This document shows positions 55,647-64,000 of a stretch of DNA of 64,000 nucleotides, in pieces; position 1 is the stretch's first letter, and every line of letters begins with the position of its first letter. The notes under the pieces are model-generated. The model was not told where the DNA came from. It saw nothing but the letters and a program-made list of their open reading frames with translations, and ran no database searches. Origin of the DNA: a virus. The translations under genes and the position numbers were made by a program. The DNA lies in the IMG/VR virus record IMGVR_UViG_3300035034_000207, positions 5,879 to 69,878 of that record. One strand, 5' to 3'.

Positions 55647-57249
55647 TCCCCACGGACTAGAATACTTCTCAAGAAATCCAAAGCTTAAAGCTCCAGGCGT
55701 TGACTATCCATGGACAAAAGAAGAAGTTGAAGAATTCATTAAATGTAAAAAAGATCCAATTTATTTCATTGAAAATTATGTTAAGATTATAGACGTAACC
55801 GGTAAAGTAATAATACCAGAGCTATACGAATATCAAAAAAAGATTATAAAAAGTTATCTAAACAACAAATTGTCTATCACAAAGCAACCACGCCAATCTG
55901 GTAAAACTTTAACAGTTGTGATGTTATTCAATTGGTTCTTGATATTTGAACCAAACCGTGTTTCTTATATTCTAGCAAACAAGGCCGATGTCGCTAAAAA
56001 GATTCTTGCGCAGGTTAAATTCTCATACGAACAATTACCATTCTTTTTACAGCAAGGCGTTGTTTCGTGGAATAAAACATTCATCGAATTTGAAAACAAT
56101 TCCAAACTGTTTACGGCTGCAACCGCTGCTTCTGGTATTCGTGGCGAAACTGTTACAGGAATATTGTTGTGGGATGAAGCGGCCCACGTTGCAGATACAA
56201 TTGCACCAGAATTCTTTACATCAGTATACCCAACAGTTTCCCAGCCAGGATCCAAAGCCAAGTTTATTATTACATCAACCCCTAAAGGGTTTAATTTCTT
56301 TTATAAAATATGGAACGATTCTGAACAGGGTAAGATGAACTTTAAAACGTTTACTATACACTGGGCTGAGGTTCCTGGTCGCGATCAGGCATGGGCTGAC
56401 AACGAACTGAAGATCCTTGGAGATCAACTGTTTGCGCAAGAGGTTTTGGTGGATTTTTTAGGCTCAAGCAATGCCTTAATATCTGCAGATTCTATACGAA
56501 GATTGTCCGCATCGCAACCAGTTAAGTTCAACGATTCACTTTCAGTTTACGAAACCCCAGTAAAAGACAATAAGTATATGATTGTTTGTGATCCTTCAAG
56601 GGGAACTGGCAACGACGATTCTGCCTTTGTTGTGTTTAACATTACAAATTATCCAATAACAATTGCTGCCAGATTTAAAGATAATAAAATATCACCAACT
56701 GCGCTACCAATGGTTTTATATAATGTAGCAACGTCTTATAACATGGCAGACGTTCTAATAGAAATAAACGATAACGGTGAACAAGTTTCTACAATTCTTT
56801 GGCAAGATCTAGAATATGAAAACATAATACTGTTTGACATGTTTAGTAAACAGCCAAAATCTGGTATTAGAACAACTAAATCTGTTAAAGCCAAAGGCTG
56901 TGCCACGCTGAAAGAACTCGTTGAAAACCAGAAATTATTAATTAACGACGTTGATATTATTTTACAGATAACTAACTTCGTCCAGAAGAAATCTAGTTTT
57001 GAGGCAGATAAAGGGTATCATGACGACTTGGTTATGTGTCTTGTTCTGTTTGCTTGGTATTCAACAACGCTAGACTTTAAGAATTTGTTTGACGTTGACT
57101 TACGATCTCAGCTAATGAAAGCAAAAGAACAATGGGTTGAGGATTATATGACGCCGGTTGGCTTCTATGTTGACGGTGCAAGAGACGAAGAGATTGATCA
57201 TAGTGAATTAATAGTACAAGGCAACCCAGATGAAGTACATCTTTTGTAA
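55627..57249 (+). CDS. 17: terminase large subunit gp17
   Basis: KC..DPIYF..NY, PRQSGKT, LANK, DEAAH, STPKG.N.FY, D.SRG.G.D.S, HDDLVM. Confidence 0.96.
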   Translation: MIKTPNNPHGLEYFSRNPKLKAPGVDYPWTKEEVEEFIKCKKDPIYFIENYVKIIDVTGKVIIPELYEYQKKIIKSYLNNKLSITKQPRQSGKTLTVVMLFNWFLIFEPNRVSYILANKADVAKKILAQVKFSYEQLPFFLQQGVVSWNKTFIEFENNSKLFTAATAASGIRGETVTGILLWDEAAHVADTIAPEFFTSVYPTVSQPGSKAKFIITSTPKGFNFFYKIWNDSEQGKMNFKTFTIHWAEVPGRDQAWADNELKILGDQLFAQEVLVDFLGSSNALISADSIRRLSASQPVKFNDSLSVYETPVKDNKYMIVCDPSRGTGNDDSAFVVFNITNYPITIAARFKDNKISPTALPMVLYNVATSYNMADVLIEINDNGEQVSTILWQDLEYENIILFDMFSKQPKSGIRTTKSVKAKGCATLKELVENQKLLINDVDIILQITNFVQKKSSFEADKGYHDDLVMCLVLFAWYSTTLDFKNLFDVDLRSQLMKAKEQWVEDYMTPVGFYVDGARDEEIDHSELIVQGNPDEVHLL

Positions 57250-57299
57250 TTTTAATAAATATTAAATAGAATTATTCATATACATTTAAGGAGCATATA

Positions 57300-58943
57300 A
57301 TGACATTCAGCCTTTCACCTGCGGTAATTGTGCAGGAAATTGATTTAACAAATGTTATTCCTGCCGTATCTACATCAACTGCCTCTACTGTCGGTCAGTT
57401 CAAATGGGGTCCAGTTGAGGAAATTACTATTGTTAGTAACGAAGAAATATTGGTAGAACTATTCGGTAGACCATCTAGAACAGTCTATAAAGACTTTCTA
57501 ACAGCATCGTCTTTCCTATCATACGCAAGAGATTTAAGACTTATTAGAGTTGTAGACGACGCAACCGCTTTAAACGCGGCATACCCGTCAGACTCAAACA
57601 ATACGTCCGAACTGATTAAAAATCTACAAGAATATTCAGCAATGTCTTTCGGGTCTGATATTAATTTGTTTTATGCTAAATACCCTGGTGTGCTTGGTAA
57701 CTCTATTGGTGTTGCGTGGGTAAACGCGACTGGTTGGGCAGACGTTGATTCAAACGGTGTACAAAACTGGCCATGGAGTGACTTGTTTGAATCTGCTCCA
57801 CTTACAGACGAAATGCACATTGTAGTTTATGATGCTGATGGTGTTATAACTGGTAATGCTGGTACTGTTCTAGAAAGATGGGCATTTGTTTCAACTGTTG
57901 CTGGTACAAAATCGTTTGATGGTACTACAGCTTACTTTAAAGATAAGATTTCAAATGGTTCAAAATATCTGTATGTTGCAAACGAAACGCTGATGTCTGG
58001 TTCAAACGATGGCGTTGCTCTAATTGCTGGTAATGATGGTAGCGTTATATCTGAAGGTGATAGAACAAGAGGTTTTGCTCTTTTACAAAATTCCGAAGTA
58101 ACTGACGTTTCTCTTGTGTTTGCGTCTGGTGCTGGTGTTATTGCTTCAAAATGGATCATTGATAACGTTGCAGAATATCGTAAAGACTGTGTTGCTCTTG
58201 TTTCGCCACTTCAAAGCGATTGTGTTGGTATATACTCAGACCAAACGATTCTGAACAACATTAAAGTTACTAGAGATACATACGGATCATCTTCATATGC
58301 TGTTATGGATTCTGCGTACAAATATACATACGACAGATATAACGACGCATACAGATGGATTCCTCTAAACGGTGATATTGCTGGTGTTATTGCTAGAACT
58401 GACGCAAACTATGCTTCTTGGTATTCACCAGCTGGTTATGAAAAGGGTAGAATTAAAAACTCTATCAAATTGTCAATGGATCAAAACAAACAGGTTCGTG
58501 ATGATTTGTATAAAGCTGGTATTAACCCTTGTACGGCTTTCCCAGTAGAAGGTGCTTTGTTGTTTGGCGATAAAACGTTGCTGTCAAGACCAAGCGCATT
58601 CGCTCATATCAACGTTAGACGATTGTTCATTACACTTGAGAAAGCTATAGCAACCGCTTCCAAATATTACTTGTTTGACCAGAATAACACACAAACACGT
58701 ACACGTTTTGTTAACATGGTTGAACCTTTCCTTAGAGAAGTACAAGGACGTGAAGGTATTACAGACTTCAGAGTAGTTTGTGACGAATCAAACAATCCTG
58801 GTGATGTTATTGACCGCGGTGAGTTTGTTGCTGCAATCTACATCAAACCAACCAGATCTATTCAGACAATCAGACTATCGTTTGTTGCTGTTAGAACCGG
58901 CGTTGATTTTGACGAAGTGATTATTAACTCTTCACAAGCATAA
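57300..58943 (+). CDS. 18: tail sheath protein gp18
   Basis: SP.V...EIDLT, G.F.WGPV, W.PLNGDIAG, W.SPAG..KG, RD.LY..GINP, INVRRLF. Confidence 0.96.
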   Translation: MTFSLSPAVIVQEIDLTNVIPAVSTSTASTVGQFKWGPVEEITIVSNEEILVELFGRPSRTVYKDFLTASSFLSYARDLRLIRVVDDATALNAAYPSDSNNTSELIKNLQEYSAMSFGSDINLFYAKYPGVLGNSIGVAWVNATGWADVDSNGVQNWPWSDLFESAPLTDEMHIVVYDADGVITGNAGTVLERWAFVSTVAGTKSFDGTTAYFKDKISNGSKYLYVANETLMSGSNDGVALIAGNDGSVISEGDRTRGFALLQNSEVTDVSLVFASGAGVIASKWIIDNVAEYRKDCVALVSPLQSDCVGIYSDQTILNNIKVTRDTYGSSSYAVMDSAYKYTYDRYNDAYRWIPLNGDIAGVIARTDANYASWYSPAGYEKGRIKNSIKLSMDQNKQVRDDLYKAGINPCTAFPVEGALLFGDKTLLSRPSAFAHINVRRLFITLEKAIATASKYYLFDQNNTQTRTRFVNMVEPFLREVQGREGITDFRVVCDESNNPGDVIDRGEFVAAIYIKPTRSIQTIRLSFVAVRTGVDFDEVIINSSQA

Positions 58944-58950
58944 TAATCTA

Positions 58951-58993
58951 TAAATGCTAACTAGGGACATTAAAATTCTCTAGTTAGCATTAT
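58951..58993. terminator. hairpin after gene 18 between convergent units
   Basis: AATGCTAACTAG(58953-64)/CTAGTTAGCATT(58980-91) inverted repeat. Confidence 0.6.
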
Positions 58994-59038
58994 AATGAGC
59001 AACAGCTTCTTCAGTTGTATCTGAACGTAGAATGCCTG

Positions 59039-59167
59039 TTAGAGTGGGTTACTCTCTAAGTACAATTTCACTTTAATACTTTTTTGGTTCTTAGAATCTA
59101 GTGCTAACATACACACGTTGTGATCAAAAAATTCTAGAATTTCTTTTGCTGATGTTTGATGTTTCAT
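59039..59167 (-). CDS. 42-aa early peptide inserted between genes 18 and 19
   Basis: GAGGA RBS; TTGACA-17 nt-TATAAT promoter at 59202-59230. Confidence 0.6.
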   Translation of the reverse strand: MKHQTSAKEILEFFDHNVCMLALDSKNQKSIKVKLYLESNPL

Positions 59168-59293
59168 AATATAATCCTCATTAGTTTGTTTTATTATATT
59201 AATTATATAAAGAATGCTAACTAGTGTCAACAACTTTTTTGATAAATATAAATATAATATAATTCTACATGTACAAGGAAGATCGAGAGCAAT

Positions 59294-59818
59294 ATGGCTA
59301 ATATTACAAAATTTATGGGACAGTTTAGAGGTGGTACTAGACCTAACCGCTTCCGTGTTATTCTAACATACCCTGGTCTAGTGGGTTCACCAAACGTCCA
59401 AGACGAGATAGTTGTTACAGCAGCATCTATTCCAGAATCTACAATTGGAAGAATTGATGTGCCTTATATGGGTAGAACAATTCCCCTTCCTGGGACAAGA
59501 CAGTTTCCAGACTGGACAATTTCTGTTACTAACGATACTACATTTTCTCACCGTAACGCATTTGAAAAATGGTTAAACGCTTTGAATGCGCATGAAGGCA
59601 ATACACAAGCAACACTTGATACACGTGCTCTTATGGCCACGCTTGATGTTGCACAACTTGACTTGAACTCTGACAACGTTCTTAAGAATTACAAGTTCTA
59701 CAACGCGTTCCCAACAAACCTTTCACCAATTGATCTTAGTTATTCCAACAATGATCAACTTTCTAGTTTCTCTGTTACGTTTGCATATTCTCATTGGGGC
59801 GCAAACACTACCACATAA
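59294..59818 (+). CDS. 19: tail tube protein gp19
   Basis: GG.RPN.F.V, GR.I...G.R.F.DWT....ND, FEKW, FPT.LS.I.LSY; TATAAATA at 59247. Confidence 0.94.
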   Translation: MANITKFMGQFRGGTRPNRFRVILTYPGLVGSPNVQDEIVVTAASIPESTIGRIDVPYMGRTIPLPGTRQFPDWTISVTNDTTFSHRNAFEKWLNALNAHEGNTQATLDTRALMATLDVAQLDLNSDNVLKNYKFYNAFPTNLSPIDLSYSNNDQLSSFSVTFAYSHWGANTTT

Positions 59819-59850
59819 AACAATATAATAAAAATGAGAACCAACCTATA

Positions 59851-59887
59851 AAACTCTGCTTCATATTGTGTTGCAGAGTTTTTTCTT
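59851..59887 (+). terminator. intrinsic terminator after gene 19
   Basis: AAACTCTGC/GCAGAGTTT stem followed by T-run. Confidence 0.75.
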
Positions 59888-59928
59888 ATTATAAATATAT
59901 TATACAAAACTCAAGAAAGCTATAGATA

Positions 59929-61569
59929 ATGTCAAGCACTTTTAACGAAATTTTTGGATGGTCGTTTACACGAAAGGGGCAAGATGAAGATACCCCTGGT
60001 ATACAAGTTACCAAAATAGACTCGCCATACGTTAAACAAGAAAACGATGACGCTGCGTTTGTGATTGGTTCCAACAGTTATGGGCATTTCTCTGGCCAAA
60101 TGTCTTTTGATCAAGAGTTCAAAAACGAAGCAGACATGATACAAGCATATCGCGATGTTGCTTTGTTCCCAGAAGTAGATGCAGCAGTTACAGAAATATG
60201 CAATGAAGCGGTTTCGGTTGAAGATGGTTCTAAGCCGGTTGAAATCATAATGGACGATCTTAAAGTATCAGATAAGATAAAAGATTCTATTAGAAACGAG
60301 TTTGATCATATTTTAAACTTACTTAAATTTAATACAGAATCGTACGAGATTTTTAGAAAATGGTATGTAGACGGTAGAATCAACTATCATATTATTATCG
60401 ATCAAGAGTTTAAAAAATCTGGTATTAAAGAACTACGATATATTCCTCCTTTCAATATAAAGAAAGTTAAAGAAGAGAAAACGTCAATCATCAAAGGTAT
60501 TACGATGGTTGATTCTGTTGAAGAATATTTCGTATACACACCGGCACAAATTGGTAAAAACAGCATTCAAGCAAACACTGGAGTAATCCTTGCAAAAGAT
60601 TCTGTTTGTTTTGTACACTCTGGGTTGGTAGACGATTCTGCTGGAAGAATCTACTCATATTTACACAAAACAATTAAACCGGCCAACCAATTAAAAATGA
60701 TGGAAGACGCGTTGGTTATCTATCGTGTTTCAAGAGCACCAGAGCGTAGAGTGTTTTATGTTGGTGTTGGTGGTATGACTAGTAAGAAATCTGAAGAGTA
60801 CTTGAGTAACGTTGCAAACAAACTCCAGAACAAGATCAAATATGATGCCCAAACTGGTGAAGTAAAAGATCAGAAAAACGTCATGACAATGATGGAAGAT
60901 TTGTTCTTACCAAGACATGGCGGCGATGGTAGAAACACCGAAGTGTCTACTCTTCCCGGTGCTCAAAATCTTGGGACCATTGATGACGTTGAATATTTCA
61001 GAAAGAAATTGTACGGGTCGCTTGATGTCCCAGCTTCGAGAATCCTTTCAGATGGCGGCGGTTCTGCATTTACAATTGGTCGCGCGTCAGAAATTTCGCG
61101 CGAAGAAGTTAAACTAACAAAATTCATTGCAAGACTCCGTAAGCGCTTTGCTAAACTATTCTTTGAACTACTTCGTAAACAGTTGATTCTAAAGAACATC
61201 ATTACACCAAGTGAGTGGAAACAAATTGCAAAAGACATTTCGTTTGATTTCAATTCAGACAACTTTTTCTCAGAATTAAAGAAGTTTGAAGTTTTACGTG
61301 AACGTCTTGGAATGGTTGACCAAGCTAAAGAGTATATCGGCACAATCTATTCAATGGAATATATACGTAAGGATATACTTAAATTGACAGATGAAGAAAT
61401 ATCAACGATGAAGAAACAAATTGAACAAGAACGCGCCGAAGACCCAATGATGATGATGAAGTTTAGAGAGATGATGCTAACGGGAGATGCTAACGACGAT
61501 AGTAATGCTGGTGCCACTGAGAAGGAGCCCAGCGAAGAAATTGTTCAACAACAAGAAAACAATAAATAA
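59929..61569 (+). CDS. 20: portal protein gp20
   Basis: YR.VA..PEVD.A..EI.NE, FRKWYVDGR, MEDALVIYR.SRAPERRVFY, EI.REE.K..KFI.RLR..F; TATAAATA at 59890. Confidence 0.96.
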   Translation: MSSTFNEIFGWSFTRKGQDEDTPGIQVTKIDSPYVKQENDDAAFVIGSNSYGHFSGQMSFDQEFKNEADMIQAYRDVALFPEVDAAVTEICNEAVSVEDGSKPVEIIMDDLKVSDKIKDSIRNEFDHILNLLKFNTESYEIFRKWYVDGRINYHIIIDQEFKKSGIKELRYIPPFNIKKVKEEKTSIIKGITMVDSVEEYFVYTPAQIGKNSIQANTGVILAKDSVCFVHSGLVDDSAGRIYSYLHKTIKPANQLKMMEDALVIYRVSRAPERRVFYVGVGGMTSKKSEEYLSNVANKLQNKIKYDAQTGEVKDQKNVMTMMEDLFLPRHGGDGRNTEVSTLPGAQNLGTIDDVEYFRKKLYGSLDVPASRILSDGGGSAFTIGRASEISREEVKLTKFIARLRKRFAKLFFELLRKQLILKNIITPSEWKQIAKDISFDFNSDNFFSELKKFEVLRERLGMVDQAKEYIGTIYSMEYIRKDILKLTDEEISTMKKQIEQERAEDPMMMMKFREMMLTGDANDDSNAGATEKEPSEEIVQQQENNK

Positions 61570-61601
61570 TAAATACAATAAGAACAAGGCTATTCATTCT
61601 C

Positions 61602-62789
61602 ATGGTTGATATTAATATGAGCAATTCTATTAAAGCTGTTTCAGCGTCTAAGACCAGAAACAAAGAGGATAGACTATCTGCCATCGACAAAACATCTGAG
61701 AGAAATGGTGTTTCTGTTAGACAAATTTATAAAGCAATTCGAGACAAGAAAGAAAGAAAACAAAAAATGAGCGACGAAGACAATCAAAACCAACTTGACG
61801 AATTGTCAAAAGATACATTGAAAAGCTATGTAAACAAAGCAACCATCGACGTTGCTGATAAATCCTTTATGTCCGGAAACAAGTTAGCTAAAAAGGACGA
61901 ACCGACTAGACGTAGCGGGAGCGACGATTTAACAAAGGCGCGCAAAAGACAAAGACACATCAACAAAGCTGTTGATAAACTCGCAGAATCTAAAGATCTT
62001 GTTATTAACATTATGAACGGCAATCTTGTTGAATCAAAAGGCGATGTTCTTGATATCATAATGGAAAAGATTCAAGATAGAATTGAAGACATTAGAGAGT
62101 CTATTCAAGAAGGAACCGATTATGTTGATCATAAAGGCAATAAAGCGTTTACACGATATGCTGGTGGTATACAAACAAACAACACAAAAAAGACACACAA
62201 CAAAAAACTAAATACCAAGGTCTGGGAAGCTGGTGTTGATAGAAAAAGTACCAAACCAGAAACCGCCCGTGATGTTATTGGTGATCATACTTCTTCTCCA
62301 CGTAATAATAAAATTGTATATTCTGACCAACTCTCAAAACAACATTCTAAAGAAGGTAATATTCTTGGTAAGATCTTCGCCCCTGATAGGCAATCTAAAA
62401 AAATTGCGAAAAAGACGTTTTCGGAATCGGAACAGCTCGATGAACTTTCAACGAAAACGTTAGATTCATATCAAAGAAAAGCTCACGATTCTAAGGATCG
62501 TGCTGGTGCTGAAAGCGCTCGGAAAAGAAGAGCTTTAGACGATATTAAAAATGTAGCAAAAGCTTCTGTTTCTCCTGATTATAAAGGCTCTTCTTTGCAT
62601 AACGCAAAAGCTTCTAAAGGGTATATCCAGAAAAGAGATTTTGAAAACGAATTGGACAAAGGTGCCGATAAACTAAAGGACCTTGCAACAAAGCCAGAAC
62701 AAGATACTATTAGAAAGCGTGGCGCTGGGGCATCTCTTTCATATAAAGCTCTTGCGCGTGGGCGTGCGGCACACAATAAAAAGGACTAA
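61602..62789 (+). CDS. prohead core/internal head protein (gp67 position) with QLDELS repeats
   Basis: Follows portal; two QLDELS..TL.SY modules flank a helical gp67-like segment; highly charged. Confidence 0.65.
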   Translation: MVDINMSNSIKAVSASKTRNKEDRLSAIDKTSERNGVSVRQIYKAIRDKKERKQKMSDEDNQNQLDELSKDTLKSYVNKATIDVADKSFMSGNKLAKKDEPTRRSGSDDLTKARKRQRHINKAVDKLAESKDLVINIMNGNLVESKGDVLDIIMEKIQDRIEDIRESIQEGTDYVDHKGNKAFTRYAGGIQTNNTKKTHNKKLNTKVWEAGVDRKSTKPETARDVIGDHTSSPRNNKIVYSDQLSKQHSKEGNILGKIFAPDRQSKKIAKKTFSESEQLDELSTKTLDSYQRKAHDSKDRAGAESARKRRALDDIKNVAKASVSPDYKGSSLHNAKASKGYIQKRDFENELDKGADKLKDLATKPEQDTIRKRGAGASLSYKALARGRAAHNKKD

Positions 62790-62800
62790 TACAAAAACAA

Positions 62801-63394
62801 ATGTTATCATTCTTGGAATTCGTATCAGAAGTTATCAATGAGGAAGATGTTAAACCTTCTCTTCATAATAAGCAACTGTTACTTGATGCTTCTATCAAAA
62901 ATTCCAAGAATGGACCAGTTGTACTTAAGTATACTATAAACACAGATTCTTCATACCCAAAAACATTAACCAAAAAGTTTAAGTCTGAAGAAGATAAAAA
63001 CAAATTCATCAAAACTCTTTCTGGCGATGATTATGCTATACACGAAGAGCTAGACCTATTCATAGATGAAGACACAAACGAACATTATTACATTGAACTT
63101 TGTGAAGACACGTTGTTAGAAAAGAAGATTATAGTTCGCATCAACTCCAAAGGTCAACGATATTTTAAAATCATATGTCCACCGGGCCGCGTTGCAAAAA
63201 CTGTTAATGGCCGTAAAATCTGTTTGGTTCCATCTGGTATTGAACGCATGACAAAACGTCTTGCTATACGTAAAGCTGTTAGAACTAAAAAGGGTAAAGG
63301 CGCTGGTTATGCCAGACGAACAAACTTTAAACGCCAAAAAGCTGGTAGACAGCGTAAAAAATTTGGGATCACTGGTCAAATACAAGTAGGATAA
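62801..63394 (+). CDS. prohead core protein gp68-like
   Basis: Acidic middle and very basic C-terminus (RKAVRTKK...RQKA.RQRKKFG); MLSFLEFVSE N-terminus. Confidence 0.65.
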   Translation: MLSFLEFVSEVINEEDVKPSLHNKQLLLDASIKNSKNGPVVLKYTINTDSSYPKTLTKKFKSEEDKNKFIKTLSGDDYAIHEELDLFIDEDTNEHYYIELCEDTLLEKKIIVRINSKGQRYFKIICPPGRVAKTVNGRKICLVPSGIERMTKRLAIRKAVRTKKGKGAGYARRTNFKRQKAGRQRKKFGITGQIQVG

Positions 63395-63396
63395 AA

Positions 63397-64000
63397 ATGT
63401 TAACGTTTCTAGAATTTATTATTGAACAAGAACAGCTGGATGAGTTATCTAAAGACACTCTAAAGTCTTATATATCAAAATCTGTTAATGATAAAGAAGC
63501 TTCAGATAGAATATCAGCAAAATCTGATTCTATGGGAATGGATAAACTAGCAAAGACTTACGATGATAAATCTAAGAAACGTAAAGCTGGTATTAATAAA
63601 GCTATTGATAAACTATCAGAAGACTATAAACACATTGATAATAATGGTCTTAAAAACATATTATTGAAAAATATTAGCGACGCTAAAGCTGGTAAGATTG
63701 ACACCAAATCAGCAAATAAAGTTGCAAAAGACATAGGTAGCGAAATTACTTCTAGAGTGCAAAGCAAAATGAAGTCTATGAATTTAAATAAAGATGATGT
63801 TAGAAAACATATATCTAATTCTAGTAAAGATAATAAAACAAAAGTTGGCATGAATAAAGCTATTGATAAACTATCAGAACAAGAACAACTAGACGAACTT
63901 TCAAAAGATACTTTAGATAGATATGATAGAAAAGCGCTGGGTTCATATTCGCAATCAAACAAAATACTTTATAACCAGACAACAGGTAAACCAAATAACA
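63397..64000 (+). CDS. repeat-built internal head protein, truncated by window edge
   Basis: Open frame MLTFLEFIIEQEQLDELSKDTLKSY...; not in ORF track; 27-bp exact repeat at 63595-63621 and 63853-63879. Confidence 0.75.
   Translation, partial: MLTFLEFIIEQEQLDELSKDTLKSYISKSVNDKEASDRISAKSDSMGMDKLAKTYDDKSKKRKAGINKAIDKLSEDYKHIDNNGLKNILLKNISDAKAGKIDTKSANKVAKDIGSEITSRVQSKMKSMNLNKDDVRKHISNSSKDNKTKVGMNKAIDKLSEQEQLDELSKDTLDRYDRKALGSYSQSNKILYNQTTGKPNN

Noticed and set aside
58980-59045. Frameshift extension of the 42-aa ORF into TGILRSDTTEEAVAHYNAN
   Set aside because: The alternative frame has a stop just upstream and no slippery site is evident
63624-63962. 112-aa minus-strand ORF from the track
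   Set aside because: Shadow of the plus-strand repeat protein starting at 63397, which the track missed because it runs off the window
1-64000. tRNA genes, introns, inteins, integrases or transposases
   Set aside because: No cloverleaf or T-loop signatures noticed; genes 43, 41, 17 and 20 are uninterrupted and of normal size; no recombinase motifs. Not checked computationally
1-64000. Apparent abundance of TCTAGA/CTAG/GATC palindromes as proof of modified DNA
   Set aside because: Consistent with protection, but not counted, and explainable by CTA-GAN codon usage

Overview
AT-rich, gene-dense fragment of a T4-like (Tevenvirinae/Kyanoviridae-type) myophage genome. It holds the replication module on the minus strand (genes 32, 59, 33, 41, uvsX, 43, regA, 62, 44, 45, plus a MoxR AAA/VWA pair), baseplate, neck, tail and head genes on the plus strand (2, 4, 48, 53, 27-like, 26, 51, 29-like, 25, 6, 7, 8, a large DUF4815/VrlC-like protein, fibre genes, 14, 15, 16, 17, 18, 19, 20, 67/68-like), an isolated inverted gene 13, and islands of early genes behind sigma70-type promoters. 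The main discovery candidate is a contiguous cytosine-hypermodification operon at 4711-11905. It encodes a dNMP kinase, a T4-type dCMP hydroxymethylase, a HAD phosphatase, a nucleotidyltransferase-kinase fusion, two different GT-B glycosyltransferases, a C5-DNA-methyltransferase-fold enzyme with altered SAM-binding motifs, and a dCTPase; two of these enzymes end in sliding-clamp-type peptides. Other unexplained signals: a DSNG peptide recurring in virion proteins, a probable -1 frameshift fusing gp26 and gp51, a promoter-to-terminator small RNA, a dispersed ~100 bp IHF-site/promoter element, and repeat-built internal head proteins. Family assignments rest on motif recognition and recalled reference sequences, not on database searches.
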